From positions 1,760,001 through 1,824,000 of the forward strand of contig CAXXWQ010000003.1 in the NCBI GenBank assembly GCA_963674945.2: 64,000 nucleotides of DNA, read 5' to 3'. The number at the start of each line of letters is the position of its first letter. Position 1 is the first letter of the stretch. The notes below the pieces were generated by a model, which searched no databases, was not told the origin of the DNA, and worked only from the letters and a program-made list of their open reading frames with translations. Positions 1 to 9,998 of this stretch are shown in pieces. Position numbers and translations under genes: made by a program. Origin of the DNA: an uncultured Desulfosarcina sp. GTDB lineage: Bacteria > Desulfobacterota > Desulfobacteria > Desulfobacterales > Desulfosarcinaceae.

Positions 1-140
1 TCAAAGAGGTGATAACTAATTTCGAGGACCTAAGAAATACGCATCCGGCTCTATCGAATTGGTCCTTAAAAGGGTTGCTTACAGGACTCAGCGCTCCGAT
101 TCATCCCGGTGCGAAAAAGTTTTTTATGGAAGTTGAATAA
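1..140 (+). CDS. 3' end of a TAXI-family TRAP transporter solute-binding subunit (partial)
   Basis: Frame 3 reads KEVITNFEDLRNTHPALSNWSLKGLLTGLSAPIHPGAKKFFMEVE*. The HPA...P(I/L)HPGA tail is typical of TAXI receptors. Not in the ORF track because the start lies outside the window. Confidence 0.75.
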   Translation, partial: KEVITNFEDLRNTHPALSNWSLKGLLTGLSAPIHPGAKKFFMEVE

Positions 141-151
141 AACCGGCGATG

Positions 152-2110
152 CTAAGACCTGTTTTTACTTCGATCAAGGACGATTCTTACCGTTATCGCC
201 AATTTTTCAAGTGTGAATGGCTTATAAACAAACTCTTCGATACCGATCTCATCCGCTTTCTCCTTGCATATCCGATCGCTGTAGCCGGTACACAAAATAA
301 TCGGGATATCCGGTCGTATTTTCATGAGCTCCATGGCCAGCTTATCGCCGCTGATTTTCGGCATCGTCATGTCCGTGATGACCAGATCGAAATAGGCAGG
401 GTTGGATTTGAACTGCTCCAGCGCCTGCCGGCCGTCAATTTTTGTGGCCACCTCGTAACCCAACTTTTCCAACTGCGCCTTCCCCAGTTCAACAAGAATT
501 GTTTCATCGTCGACAAACAGAAGCCGTTCGTTACCGGTGGGTAGATTTTGTCTCTTTTCAACGTTTTCTTTTTTGTTTGTATGTTCAATTCTCGGAAAAT
601 AGACGGTAAACACACTCCCTTCATTTACTGTACTTTCCACCATGACCGCCCCAAAGTGACTTCTTACGATCCCATGAACGACGGAAAGCCCGAGCCCCGT
701 ACCTTCGCCTTTTTCTTTTGTGGTATAATAGGGTTCGAAGATCCGTTCTACCACAGACTCTTTGATGCCGTGCCCGGTATCGGCCACGACAAGCTTCATC
801 GCGGGGCCTGCATTCAGCTCTGCATGCGACAGTGCCATTTGTTCATCCACATCGACGGCGAAAAGGGATATGGTAAGAACCCCTCCATCCGCGCGCATGG
901 AATGGTACGCATTGGTGCAAAGGTTCATGACCACCTGATGGATCTGGGTCGGATCTCCCATAATGATACCATTTTCCAGGTGCTCTTTTATTTCGATCGA
1001 CGATGGTATGGATGAACGCAGCAAACCCAATGCTTCCATGACCACTGTTTTAAGATCGATCGGAATGAACTCTGATTCGGAGCGCCGACTGAAAGCAAGT
1101 ATCCGCCGAACGAGATCTGCGGCCCTAGTACTGGCTTTGAGCACTTCCAAGAGTCCTATTTCCGCTTCGCTTCCTTTGAGTACCGAAGTTCTCGCCAATT
1201 CAGAGTAACCGATAATGGCGGAAAGGATGTTATTAAAATCGTGTGCAATCCCTCCGGCAAGATTTCCCAAAGATTCAAGTTTTTGCGCCTGACGCAGTTG
1301 GTTTGTCAGATCTTTTTCTAATTTTTCCGACGCTATCTTTTGGGTGATATCTTCCGATAGCCCCAGCAGAAACAAAGGAGTGCCTTCTTCGTTCAGAATC
1401 GGTATTTTCTTTGTATGCAGTATCCGCACCCCTTTCGTTTTTGTCTTGATCGTCTCCACTGGTATCTCTAAAAGTTGTCGTGTAACAAGGGTATCCCGGT
1501 CTGTGGCCGTAAAAAAGTCGGCCTCCTCTTCGGTGAAAAGATCATGATCGGATTTGCCGATCAACGCTTCCCTGGAGATTCCCAACAACTCCTCGACTGC
1601 CTTGTTGATCCGTACAAAATGTAAATTTTTAGCATCTTTGATAAAGATCATATGAGGAATGTTCTCGATGATTGCCGTGAGAAACTCTTCCCTTTCCTTG
1701 AGAAGGTTTAGGTTCTGGATACGTTCACGCCGGATCTTTGCTTCTCGCAATTCCCGGTTGACGGCGGGGATCAAACGTTCCAGCTTGTCTTTCATCAGGT
1801 AATCATGAGCGCCTTCTTTCATGGCCTCGACGGCGACATCTTCTCCAACGGTTCCGGAGACAATGATAAAAGGGATTTCCAGGGCGTATCGCTTATAGAT
1901 CTCAAGGGCCTGTAAACCAGTAAAACTTGGCATGGAATAATCGGAGAGAATCAGATCCCATTGTTTTTCATTGAGCGCTTGAATCATGACGTCCGCATTT
2001 TGAACCCGCTCCCAGGTCAAATCAAAACCGCCCTTTCTCAGTTTTCGGATCAGGAAAACGGCGTCTTCTTCCGAGTCCTCCACCAGCAGAACGTTCAATG
2101 TCGGCTTCAT
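152..2110 (-). CDS. Hybrid sensor histidine kinase (REC-PAS-HisKA-HATPase-REC)
   Basis: N-terminal REC (LLVEDS, ILSDYSMP), PAS, H-box IAHDFNNIL, N-box VVMNLCTNA, G-boxes DTGHG and GTGLGLS, C-terminal REC (LFVDD, ITDMTMP). Confidence 0.93.
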   Translation of the reverse strand: MKPTLNVLLVEDSEEDAVFLIRKLRKGGFDLTWERVQNADVMIQALNEKQWDLILSDYSMPSFTGLQALEIYKRYALEIPFIIVSGTVGEDVAVEAMKEGAHDYLMKDKLERLIPAVNRELREAKIRRERIQNLNLLKEREEFLTAIIENIPHMIFIKDAKNLHFVRINKAVEELLGISREALIGKSDHDLFTEEEADFFTATDRDTLVTRQLLEIPVETIKTKTKGVRILHTKKIPILNEEGTPLFLLGLSEDITQKIASEKLEKDLTNQLRQAQKLESLGNLAGGIAHDFNNILSAIIGYSELARTSVLKGSEAEIGLLEVLKASTRAADLVRRILAFSRRSESEFIPIDLKTVVMEALGLLRSSIPSSIEIKEHLENGIIMGDPTQIHQVVMNLCTNAYHSMRADGGVLTISLFAVDVDEQMALSHAELNAGPAMKLVVADTGHGIKESVVERIFEPYYTTKEKGEGTGLGLSVVHGIVRSHFGAVMVESTVNEGSVFTVYFPRIEHTNKKENVEKRQNLPTGNERLLFVDDETILVELGKAQLEKLGYEVATKIDGRQALEQFKSNPAYFDLVITDMTMPKISGDKLAMELMKIRPDIPIILCTGYSDRICKEKADEIGIEEFVYKPFTLEKLAITVRIVLDRSKNRS

Positions 2111-2562
2111 CGTTTTATCTCCAGATGATCCGGCGTTTCATTCAATATCAGCCAGTAAAGCCCGAGCTTCCCGACGGTATCGATGAATTGCCCGAAATCC
2201 ACCGGCTTTTGAATGAAGCTGTTTGCACCCAGACGATAACTTTTGACAATATCGATTTCTTCCTTTGATGTGGTCAATACCACCACAGGCAAAATGGCGG
2301 TTCGCTGATTGGCCCGGATCTCCCGTAACACCTCATGACCGTCCAGTTTTGGCAATTTGAGATCGAGCAGAACAAGCTGGGGAAGATCGGGAAGGCCGCT
2401 GCCTTCAAATTCGCCACGGCCGAATAGGATATCCAAGGCCTCCACACCGTCCCTGGCCACCACGATATGGTTGCCGATCTTATTCTTCTTGAGCGCTCTA
2501 ATGGTCAGCGCTTCATCATTGGGATCATCTTCAACCAATAGAATCGTCTTTTCCTTCAACAT
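2107..2562 (-). CDS. Single-domain response regulator (Rcp1-like)
   Basis: ILLVEDD, LLDLKLPKLDG, LTTS, SYRLGANSFIQKPVDF. 4 bp overlap with the downstream kinase. Confidence 0.92.
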   Translation of the reverse strand: MLKEKTILLVEDDPNDEALTIRALKKNKIGNHIVVARDGVEALDILFGRGEFEGSGLPDLPQLVLLDLKLPKLDGHEVLREIRANQRTAILPVVVLTTSKEEIDIVKSYRLGANSFIQKPVDFGQFIDTVGKLGLYWLILNETPDHLEIKR

Positions 2563-2601
2563 CTTTCCCCCCTTGGAGATCGAACGGAATATGGTAAATG
2601 A

Positions 2602-4476
2602 TTATTCAATGATAATATAAAATGTGGCTCCTTTATCGATTTCACTTTCCGCCCATATGGTTCCGCCATGTCTGTTGACGATACGTTGCACGGTCGCAAG
2701 CCCGATCCCGGTTCCTTCGAATTCATCCTTGCCATGCAAACGCTGGAAGGCGCCGAATAGTTTATCCGCGTAGGCCATGTCGAACCCGGTACCGTTATCT
2801 TTGACAAAGAACACGGTTTTTCCCTTATGCCCCAATTTTTCAGCCGATACCGGGTCTACACAGTTGATCTCAATTTCCGCTCGATTACGAATACGGCTGA
2901 ACTTCCAAGCATTTCTCATGAGATTGTCCAGAACGATATGCAACAACCGCTGATCTGCCCGGACAAAAAGGTCGGGTGCGATGGTGAATATCACGTGGCG
3001 TTCCGGTTCGCCCTGGGTCAGATCGTCCGCGATTTCCCGGGCCATCATGGTCACGTCAACCGTGGTACGACGAAGTTCCCGGCGGCCGATTCTGGAGAGC
3101 ATGAGTATATCATCGATAAGACGGCCCATCAGCGAGCAGGCATTCCTGATCCGTTCGAGGTATGATTTGGCATCTGGATCCAATTGATCTTGGTAATCTT
3201 CCGCCAGAGCAAGACTGAATCCGTCGATGTGCCGTAAGGGAGCCCTGAGGTCATGGGATACGGAATAGGAGAAGGCTTCGAGTTCCTTGTTGGCATTTTC
3301 CAGTTGTGAAGTTCGTTGGCGGACACGCTGTTCCAGCTCTTCGTTCAGTTTTTGTATTTTTTCCTGGGCCTGTTTGTATTCGGTAATATCTTGAAAGATT
3401 GCAACCCTGCCGTAGAACTCGTGATTTTTTCCAATCATGGGACTGGAGTATCGTTGAAATGTCCGACCGTCCTTGAGACTGATCTGGTCACGGATCGTCA
3501 TACTGGAACTTGGGCGAAGTTTCTTCAGTTGCGCAGGGGAAACTTCCGTTGTAGCCATTTTGTCGTTTAGGGATTGCATATATTGTTCGCCTGACTTTGA
3601 GGCAACCACGTCGGCTGGTATCTCCCACATCTCGATAAAACGCCGGTTGACGGAAAGGATATTGTACCATTTGTCCAGCACGATAATGCCGTCAGGGGAA
3701 GTTTCCTGTTGGGTTTGAAGCCTGACATTCAACTCCATCAGCCCTTTGGTGTAATCATGGATTCGCATGAAAAGATCGTCCATTGCCGTTTTCACCGACC
3801 CGACCTCGCTGCTGATCCAGCCTTTGAGCACCGGCAATACCGCAATATCACCCGCCTCTTTATCGCGTAACGCTGTTGCCAATTGATGTAACGGTCGTAA
3901 CAGATGGATCAGAAGGCACCAGCAGATAAACAACATGACCATGATGGCTGCCGTAGCCATAAAAAAGCTGTTCATGACATCCGATTTTAATTGTTGATAA
4001 AAAGCCTTGCTTCCATAAAATTTGGCGATACCCAACAGCTCCTTGGAGGATCTATGGTACAAGGGGATTTCAACATCCAAATGACGATCTTCTCCATAAC
4101 CATCCCCGGATATTTGCCAACGAGCCACATCGAGCGAGCCTTTTTCCACCCGAAGGACGTCATAGTCGATGAAAAGCTCCACCCCTCGTAAGAGATGAGA
4201 TTGCGTGGCAGGATCGGTAAGCAGCAATACATCATCTATCATATGGATGATCGCACTGCGCTGAACGGTCGTTTCAGACAGTGCATTTGCAAGGCTCAGG
4301 GAGTGGGCCTGGGCCAGGGAATTAAGGTCGGACACCATTTCCATTTCAAGGCGCGGAGAGAGCACCATCAGCCAGAAAGAGACAAACACACCTTCAACAA
4401 GAAAGGCGGATAACACAAACATCAGTGTGATCCGGCCCCTCAGAGAGGAAAGGTTTTTATTCTCACTCTTCTTCAT
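2602..4476 (-). CDS. Membrane sensor histidine kinase (2 TM, periplasmic domain, PAS, HisKA, HATPase)
   Basis: Two hydrophobic helices, PAS (TSPDGIIVLD), H-box FSYSVSHDLRAPLR, and DNGTGF...FGAFQRLH...GTGIGLA, the kinase subfamily that pairs with Rcp1-like regulators. Confidence 0.92.
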   Translation of the reverse strand: MKKSENKNLSSLRGRITLMFVLSAFLVEGVFVSFWLMVLSPRLEMEMVSDLNSLAQAHSLSLANALSETTVQRSAIIHMIDDVLLLTDPATQSHLLRGVELFIDYDVLRVEKGSLDVARWQISGDGYGEDRHLDVEIPLYHRSSKELLGIAKFYGSKAFYQQLKSDVMNSFFMATAAIMVMLFICWCLLIHLLRPLHQLATALRDKEAGDIAVLPVLKGWISSEVGSVKTAMDDLFMRIHDYTKGLMELNVRLQTQQETSPDGIIVLDKWYNILSVNRRFIEMWEIPADVVASKSGEQYMQSLNDKMATTEVSPAQLKKLRPSSSMTIRDQISLKDGRTFQRYSSPMIGKNHEFYGRVAIFQDITEYKQAQEKIQKLNEELEQRVRQRTSQLENANKELEAFSYSVSHDLRAPLRHIDGFSLALAEDYQDQLDPDAKSYLERIRNACSLMGRLIDDILMLSRIGRRELRRTTVDVTMMAREIADDLTQGEPERHVIFTIAPDLFVRADQRLLHIVLDNLMRNAWKFSRIRNRAEIEINCVDPVSAEKLGHKGKTVFFVKDNGTGFDMAYADKLFGAFQRLHGKDEFEGTGIGLATVQRIVNRHGGTIWAESEIDKGATFYIIIE

Positions 4477-5101
4477 GGCGCATCGAAACTCTTAAAAAGA
4501 AAGATTTAATCTGAATATTGGCCGCTTTCAGCGCAGAAATATTCAGATAGGGTAGAACCCTGTCACTGATGTGCATGCCCCCCGAAACACCCCGTTCCAC
4601 ATCCCCCTCAAAAGGCGAAAACAAGATGCATCGATGCTCCCTGGCAAAAGCAATAATGGAATTGAGCCTATGGGACAACGGTTGCGTCAGAAAGATACCG
4701 GCGATCGTCTGGTCCTTGTAATATTGATCAAAAGACTGTTCGACTGCGATATCCACGCGTATGGGCAGTCCACGGATTCGTCCCACGGATGTAAGATGCG
4801 CAGCGAATTCTTTTGCCTTCTCCGGATTGTTCGCATGCAACAGAAGCAGGCACAGCTTGCCGTCCCGGCCTGTCTTATTCCGGATGTTCAAGTCTGCCGC
4901 CAATAGGCTGGGAAACAGGTCCAGCCCGGCCCTGCAACGCACCGCTTCACGTTCCGCACCATGGGAAAAATCACCGAACGGATGAAGGGTAAGAATGGAC
5001 GCCAACAAAAGGAGAATGGCAAACGACAATCTGTCATTTCGGGTTTGAACGCGCATCCTGTTCACCTTCTCAATTCCTGCATTTTCGGTCTCAAGGTTCA
5101 A
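4463..5101 (-). CDS. YfiR/HmsC (DUF4154)-like periplasmic protein
   Basis: Signal-like hydrophobic stretch, about 170 aa mature part, C-terminal YLNISALKAANIQIKSFFLRVS resembling the YfiR tail, and position between a TonB receptor and a sensor kinase with overlaps on both sides. Confidence 0.65.
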   Translation of the reverse strand: MNLETENAGIEKVNRMRVQTRNDRLSFAILLLLASILTLHPFGDFSHGAEREAVRCRAGLDLFPSLLAADLNIRNKTGRDGKLCLLLLHANNPEKAKEFAAHLTSVGRIRGLPIRVDIAVEQSFDQYYKDQTIAGIFLTQPLSHRLNSIIAFAREHRCILFSPFEGDVERGVSGGMHISDRVLPYLNISALKAANIQIKSFFLRVSMRHEEE

Positions 5102-7224
5102 AAATCATATGAAAGCTCGGCCCACCATGTTCTTCCCGGTTGGGGATAGTCCTCCGGATATGTGTTTATCGGCGCAGCATACCGTACGTCTTCATTAAAC
5201 ACGTTCTGTATGCCGGCTCTCAGTGCAAGTTTTTTTATAAAAAGATTGAATACGCTGCCGGTCACATCAATCGTATGGGATGCATCCGCTTTGCCTCTGG
5301 CGTCCTGCGGGTCCCTGTTCTGCTTTCCCACATATCGATAGTGTGCATTGAGAATCAGATTTCTGTGGGCCTGATAGGAAAGGCCAAGGTTGGCCAACCA
5401 GTTAGCCGTTCTCGGTATGGGTTCATCCGTGTCCTCGTCTTCGGTGTGTGAATAGGAAACATTGCCGTCCAGCTTCAGTGTGGAAAGAAGCGATTGTTCA
5501 AGTTCCAGTTCGGCGCCGGTTAGCCGGGCTCCGCCGGAATTAACCCAAATGTCACCCTCACGGACGATCACATCGTTCAGATTTGAATGAAAAAGAGTAA
5601 TTCGGCCCATGGTTGCAGTTCTGCGGTAGATATAGCCCAGTTCGAAATTCTCGCTGGTTTGTGGTTTGAGTTGCGTGTTGCCAAAATTGAAAACAGATCC
5701 GAGTTGATGATACAACTGCTGGAAGGATGGCGGCATGTAGGCCTGGGCGTATTGCACCTTGAAGATATGTGCGTCGGAGAGTCGCCATACCCCGGCCAGC
5801 CTGGGGCTGAGGCTGTCGTCCGTATCGTTGTAGCCGTCGAATCTCAAGCCGGCGGTGATATCAAAGGTGTCGGTTGCGGAAAACTCCTCCTGAACGACAA
5901 TGCTGTTAATGCGTCTTTCCCGGTCCTTTCCGATCAGGGCGCCGTCAAAATGTTGCATGCTGTTTGTCGGGCTTGGTTCGGTGGTGTCGATATCGAAATT
6001 GGCCTCCCGCCAGGTGTCGTCACCCTGGTATGTCTGGGAGATGGACCACTCGGCAAAAATTCTGTGCCGATTCCATCCCTCCCATGTCATGTTGATGGCC
6101 CCTTGATACCGATCCTCATCGTAGCTGAATGCCAAATCCATGCCGTTCGGGTAGGTGAAAGCCGGTGTCGTAAAACCGGGTGGATACAAGGTGACCCGAT
6201 CTGCGCTACTCTGATCATAGGACATATAGCCCAGCTTTGCATTGAACCATAGTGCGGAGCTGACGTTGACACGCTGATTGAGTTCAAGAATCCAGTATTT
6301 GCTTTCAAAAGCAATGCTATCTCTGTCCGGCGGCAAGGCATTGTCCCCACCGAAATAATCCCCATGGCCTGCATTCAGATACTGCGCGATGAACGAGAAA
6401 TTCTTAAAAGCCAGATCCATGATGGCAGCGTTCGTAAAACGGTCTTCATTGGCCGGACCGGGTGCGTTGGAGATATCTCCCTGGCCGATACAATACAATT
6501 TGTCCGTCCCGGACTGGGTGTCGGCGCCATCGGTGTCCCTGCCGCTCAGGTTCAGGCTCGCCCGAAAATCCTTGTCCGGCTTCGACCAGGAGGCAATCCC
6601 GCCCGCCCCATAGGTTTCATATCTTCCCGCCTCACCGTAAATGGAATTGCCTTCGGTTCGCGTAACGACATTGATTACACCGGTATTGGCATAACCACCA
6701 TGCACCGCAGACCCCGGCCCGCGGATTACCTCGATGCGCTCCACCTGCGCGATGGGAATACCGAGAAATGGGTAGAAGTTACCAGAAAATACATTGTTGA
6801 CCAGAACACCATTGAGCATGAACTGGTTGCTGGCATATCCAAAGGTCTCCGAAAGGCCTCTCACACTCACGGATATGGCGCCGTGACCTCCCGTGGTCAC
6901 CGCTATGCCCGGCACCAGGGATAGCGCTTGGGCCACATCCCTCATACCGCGGGTCAACAAATCCCTTCCCTCAAGCACGGTGACCATGCCGGGGACGTAA
7001 TCCGCGTTTAACTTTGATTTGGTGGCGATCTCGGTGTGTTTGTCCAGAACGGAAAGCAAACGGGCCAATTCGGCCTCGTCCTCCGAATTGTCAACCTGGG
7101 CTCGGTGCAAATTGGTATTATCTGCCAAGGCGGGTATAATGGAGAAAAACAAGATCAGCAGGACAAGGGATGACCGATGAAAAACATATCGTATTGATCT
7201 ATTTATCATTTTTTTGCTTACCAA
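5098..7224 (-). CDS. TonB-dependent outer membrane receptor
   Basis: Signal peptide, plug motifs (LSLVPG, VERIEVIRGPGSAVHG, GVINVVT), beta-barrel pattern, NVFN...PGRT...LSYDF with terminal Phe. The start may be the ATG at 7209. Confidence 0.93.
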   Translation of the reverse strand: MVSKKMINRSIRYVFHRSSLVLLILFFSIIPALADNTNLHRAQVDNSEDEAELARLLSVLDKHTEIATKSKLNADYVPGMVTVLEGRDLLTRGMRDVAQALSLVPGIAVTTGGHGAISVSVRGLSETFGYASNQFMLNGVLVNNVFSGNFYPFLGIPIAQVERIEVIRGPGSAVHGGYANTGVINVVTRTEGNSIYGEAGRYETYGAGGIASWSKPDKDFRASLNLSGRDTDGADTQSGTDKLYCIGQGDISNAPGPANEDRFTNAAIMDLAFKNFSFIAQYLNAGHGDYFGGDNALPPDRDSIAFESKYWILELNQRVNVSSALWFNAKLGYMSYDQSSADRVTLYPPGFTTPAFTYPNGMDLAFSYDEDRYQGAINMTWEGWNRHRIFAEWSISQTYQGDDTWREANFDIDTTEPSPTNSMQHFDGALIGKDRERRINSIVVQEEFSATDTFDITAGLRFDGYNDTDDSLSPRLAGVWRLSDAHIFKVQYAQAYMPPSFQQLYHQLGSVFNFGNTQLKPQTSENFELGYIYRRTATMGRITLFHSNLNDVIVREGDIWVNSGGARLTGAELELEQSLLSTLKLDGNVSYSHTEDEDTDEPIPRTANWLANLGLSYQAHRNLILNAHYRYVGKQNRDPQDARGKADASHTIDVTGSVFNLFIKKLALRAGIQNVFNEDVRYAAPINTYPEDYPQPGRTWWAELSYDF

Positions 7225-7618
7225 GCCTTGTTTTCTGTTTTTGGATAAATATTGCCGGCGAGCATGAAGATTGGACCGTACAAGAGCAAAAGGGCAGGAA
7301 GAGAAGGCGCGGTTGCCGAATTAGAAAAACCAAATTGCGCAGGAACAAGAAAAGCAGCCTGCCGGTAATTTGTGCAATGCGAGACGATTACAATGTTAAA
7401 TCGGTAAAATATCGTACCATACTTCCGTTGTGATGTTAACAGCAATGATGTATGTTGGGGTTCGTCACCGAATTTTTTCTGCTGTGACAGATCACGGCCG
7501 TCTTATGTAACGGGGCTTGTCCATTTTTCGTCGACAAATTAACTCTTGACTCTTTTTTCCATATGGTGATATTTGCCTTAGTTTTTATCGATCCATTTGG
7601 TTGGACCACTTGGGATCC

Positions 7619-7670
7619 ACTATCCTTGCTCCGGCCGACGGTCGGGGCTATGAAGCCACAAGGAGGAATC
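7619..7670 (+). promoter_or_regulatory. S6:S18 ribosomal protein autoregulatory leader RNA
   Basis: TCCTTG pairs with CAAGGA, which overlaps the rpsF SD (AGGAGG). Two internal hairpins, and GCCACAAGGAGG puts the CC just before the SD, as in S6:S18 leaders. Confidence 0.7.
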
Positions 7671-8177
7671 ATGAAGCGGTACGAAACAATTGTCATTATC
7701 GACCCTGACCTGTCCAAGGAGGCCGAAGCACCGATCCTTGAGCGGGTCAACGATTTGATCCCCCAGTACCAGGGAGTTCTCATCGAAACGGATGATTGGG
7801 GAACCAAGAAACTGGCCTACGACATTAAGAAAAAAAATCGGGGGCATTATGTCAGACTGGATTTTTGTGGTGATGGTGCACTGATCCAGGAGATGGAACG
7901 TTTTTTTCGGATCGACGATAAAATCATGAAATTCATGACGGTCCTTCTGGATGAAGATGCGGATATCGAGGCGATCCAGGCCGAGGTAGCCCAAAAAGAG
8001 GCCGAAGCGGTAACTTTGCCGGCCCAGGAAACGGAAGAAACCGTCGAGACCCAAGAGGACGCAGCGGCCAAGGAGGCCGACACCCAATCCCGGGAGACGG
8101 AAAAGGCCCCAGAGAAAGAGACATCCGTAGCGTCGACCGAAGAAGACACCCCCAACCGAGCCGATAAAGAGGAGTAA
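7671..8177 (+). CDS. rpsF: 30S ribosomal protein S6
   Basis: MKRYETIVIIDPDL...WGTKKLAYDIKK..RGHY. AGGAGG SD places the start at 7671 rather than 7563. Confidence 0.97.
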   Translation: MKRYETIVIIDPDLSKEAEAPILERVNDLIPQYQGVLIETDDWGTKKLAYDIKKKNRGHYVRLDFCGDGALIQEMERFFRIDDKIMKFMTVLLDEDADIEAIQAEVAQKEAEAVTLPAQETEETVETQEDAAAKEADTQSRETEKAPEKETSVASTEEDTPNRADKEE

Positions 8178-8180
8178 GAC

Positions 8181-8444
8181 ATGGCTATTACCAATAACCG
8201 TCCCCGAAAACGCAAAAGAAGAGTCTTCCACCGGCGTAAAGTATGCCGATTCTGTGCAGACCAAAGCCTCGCCATCGATTACAAAGATCCCAAAACCCTC
8301 AAGTACTTCATCACGGAGAGGGGAAAAATCATCCCGCGGAGAATTTCGGGAACCTGCGCCAAACATCAGCGGGCCTTGACCCATGCCATCAAACGGGCAC
8401 GAACCATTGCCCTTTTGCCCTATGTCGGGACCCATGACCTATAA
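8181..8444 (+). CDS. rpsR: 30S ribosomal protein S18 (Zn-binding form)
   Basis: [34 protein letters not shown]. Confidence 0.98.
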   Translation: MAITNNRPRKRKRRVFHRRKVCRFCADQSLAIDYKDPKTLKYFITERGKIIPRRISGTCAKHQRALTHAIKRARTIALLPYVGTHDL

Positions 8445-8496
8445 GCCTTTTAGGTACTGCGGGCAAAGTCGTGCGCCCCATCGTTAGGAGAGACGG

Positions 8497-9468
8497 ATGG
8501 TACCGTTGCCATTACAAAGTCGAGTATCGAAAGATATCGCTACGGGCGTAATGGCCACGTTGGCCATCTATTCCATGTCGATCTTCATGCCGGTAGTAGG
8601 CTTTTTCTTCGCCATCTTCACGCCCCTGCCCGTTCTTTTTTACCGAACCAAGCTGGGCAGGCGCCATGGCATGATCGTTCCAATTCTGGCCATCGCAGCA
8701 ATGGGCCTTTTATTGGGTGGCGTCACGGTGGATATGCTCTTTTTTTCCGGGCTCATGTTCCTGGGATTTGCCATGAGCGAGATGTTTGAAAAGGAGCTCT
8801 CCATAGAGTTTACCATTGCGGGTGCGTGTGCAATCGTTATCGGTGTCGGCCTGCTTGGCATTGTGCTGTACAGTATGATCAACCAAAAGGGGCTGTTCTC
8901 TCTGGTCTCCACCTACGTTGCAAACAATTTGGCGTTATCCCTGGAACTGTACAAGGAGATCGGTATGCCCCGGGAGACCATCGACGCCATATCCAATTCC
9001 CTGGATCGAATTCAATACGTTCTGGTCCGGATAATGCCCTCGATGGTGGTGGCATCCTTGCTCTTCGTCGCATGGACCAACCTGATCGCTGCAAAGCCGA
9101 TTATGCGGCGAAGAGGATTATCTTACCCGTCCTTCGGCCGTCTCAATCACTGGCGGGCACCGGAGTCGCTGGTGTGGGGCGTGATTGGCTGTGGCGTGAT
9201 CCTGCTTTTGCCCGTAACGGGCATCCGGCTGCTCGGCGTCAACGGACTGCTGGTGCTCCTCACCGTCTACTTCATCCAGGGCATTACCATCGTCTCCTTT
9301 TTTTTTGAAAAAAAAAAGGTACCGACCGTCGTTCGGGTGATACTGTACATGATCATCGCATTCCAGCAACTCATCCTGCTTGCCATCATATGCATGGGAC
9401 TTTTCGACATGTGGATTAATTTCAGAAAAATCAACGTCGATAAAAAAAAACCGGACCTGCCGTCATAA
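8497..9468 (+). CDS. DUF2232/YybS-family membrane protein
   Basis: Multi-TM protein between rpsR and rplI, with YFIQG and GLFDMWINFRK motifs. Confidence 0.85.
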   Translation: MVPLPLQSRVSKDIATGVMATLAIYSMSIFMPVVGFFFAIFTPLPVLFYRTKLGRRHGMIVPILAIAAMGLLLGGVTVDMLFFSGLMFLGFAMSEMFEKELSIEFTIAGACAIVIGVGLLGIVLYSMINQKGLFSLVSTYVANNLALSLELYKEIGMPRETIDAISNSLDRIQYVLVRIMPSMVVASLLFVAWTNLIAAKPIMRRRGLSYPSFGRLNHWRAPESLVWGVIGCGVILLLPVTGIRLLGVNGLLVLLTVYFIQGITIVSFFFEKKKVPTVVRVILYMIIAFQQLILLAIICMGLFDMWINFRKINVDKKKPDLPS

Positions 9469-9496
9469 TTTCCGGCGGGCCTTTGGGAGGATACAC

Positions 9497-9946
9497 ATGA
9501 AAGTGATTTTAAAGGAAACCATCAGTTCGTTGGGCATCATCGGAAGCGAAGTCAACGTGGCCAACGGGTATGCGCGCAACTACCTGCTCCCCCAGGGGAA
9601 GGCCGTTCCGGCCACGCCCCAGCAGCGAAAAATTCTCGAACAGGAAAAGGCGAAATTCGAGTTGCAGATCGCAAAGGAGAAAGAGTTTGCCCAAGAAATG
9701 GCCAACCGCCTGGAGGCGGTTACGGTCTCCATCGCATCCAAGGTACATGAGGCGGACAAACTCTACGGTTCCGTAACCGTGCGAGACATCATCGATGCGC
9801 TCGGCAAACAGGACGTCGAAATCGAAAAAAGAATGGTCCTTTTGAAAGAACCCATCAAGACCATCGGTACATTCAAGGTCCCCATCCGTGTGTATCAGGG
9901 CGTCGAGCCGGAAATTACCGTCGACGTGGTACCCGAAGAAGCGTAA
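9497..9946 (+). CDS. rplI: 50S ribosomal protein L9
   Basis: MKVILKE...LG..G..VNVANGYARNYLLP...KLYGSVT; GGAGG SD before the ATG at 9497. Confidence 0.97.
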   Translation: MKVILKETISSLGIIGSEVNVANGYARNYLLPQGKAVPATPQQRKILEQEKAKFELQIAKEKEFAQEMANRLEAVTVSIASKVHEADKLYGSVTVRDIIDALGKQDVEIEKRMVLLKEPIKTIGTFKVPIRVYQGVEPEITVDVVPEEA

Positions 9947-9998
9947 TCTTTCCGATCACGTTGCAATAACTTTCTTTGCCGGGAGTACACCGGCTATA

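Noticed and set aside
7230..7500. Fur box or cobalamin riboswitch upstream of the TonB receptor
   Set aside because: No convincing GATAATGAT-type palindrome or B12-box seen by eye.
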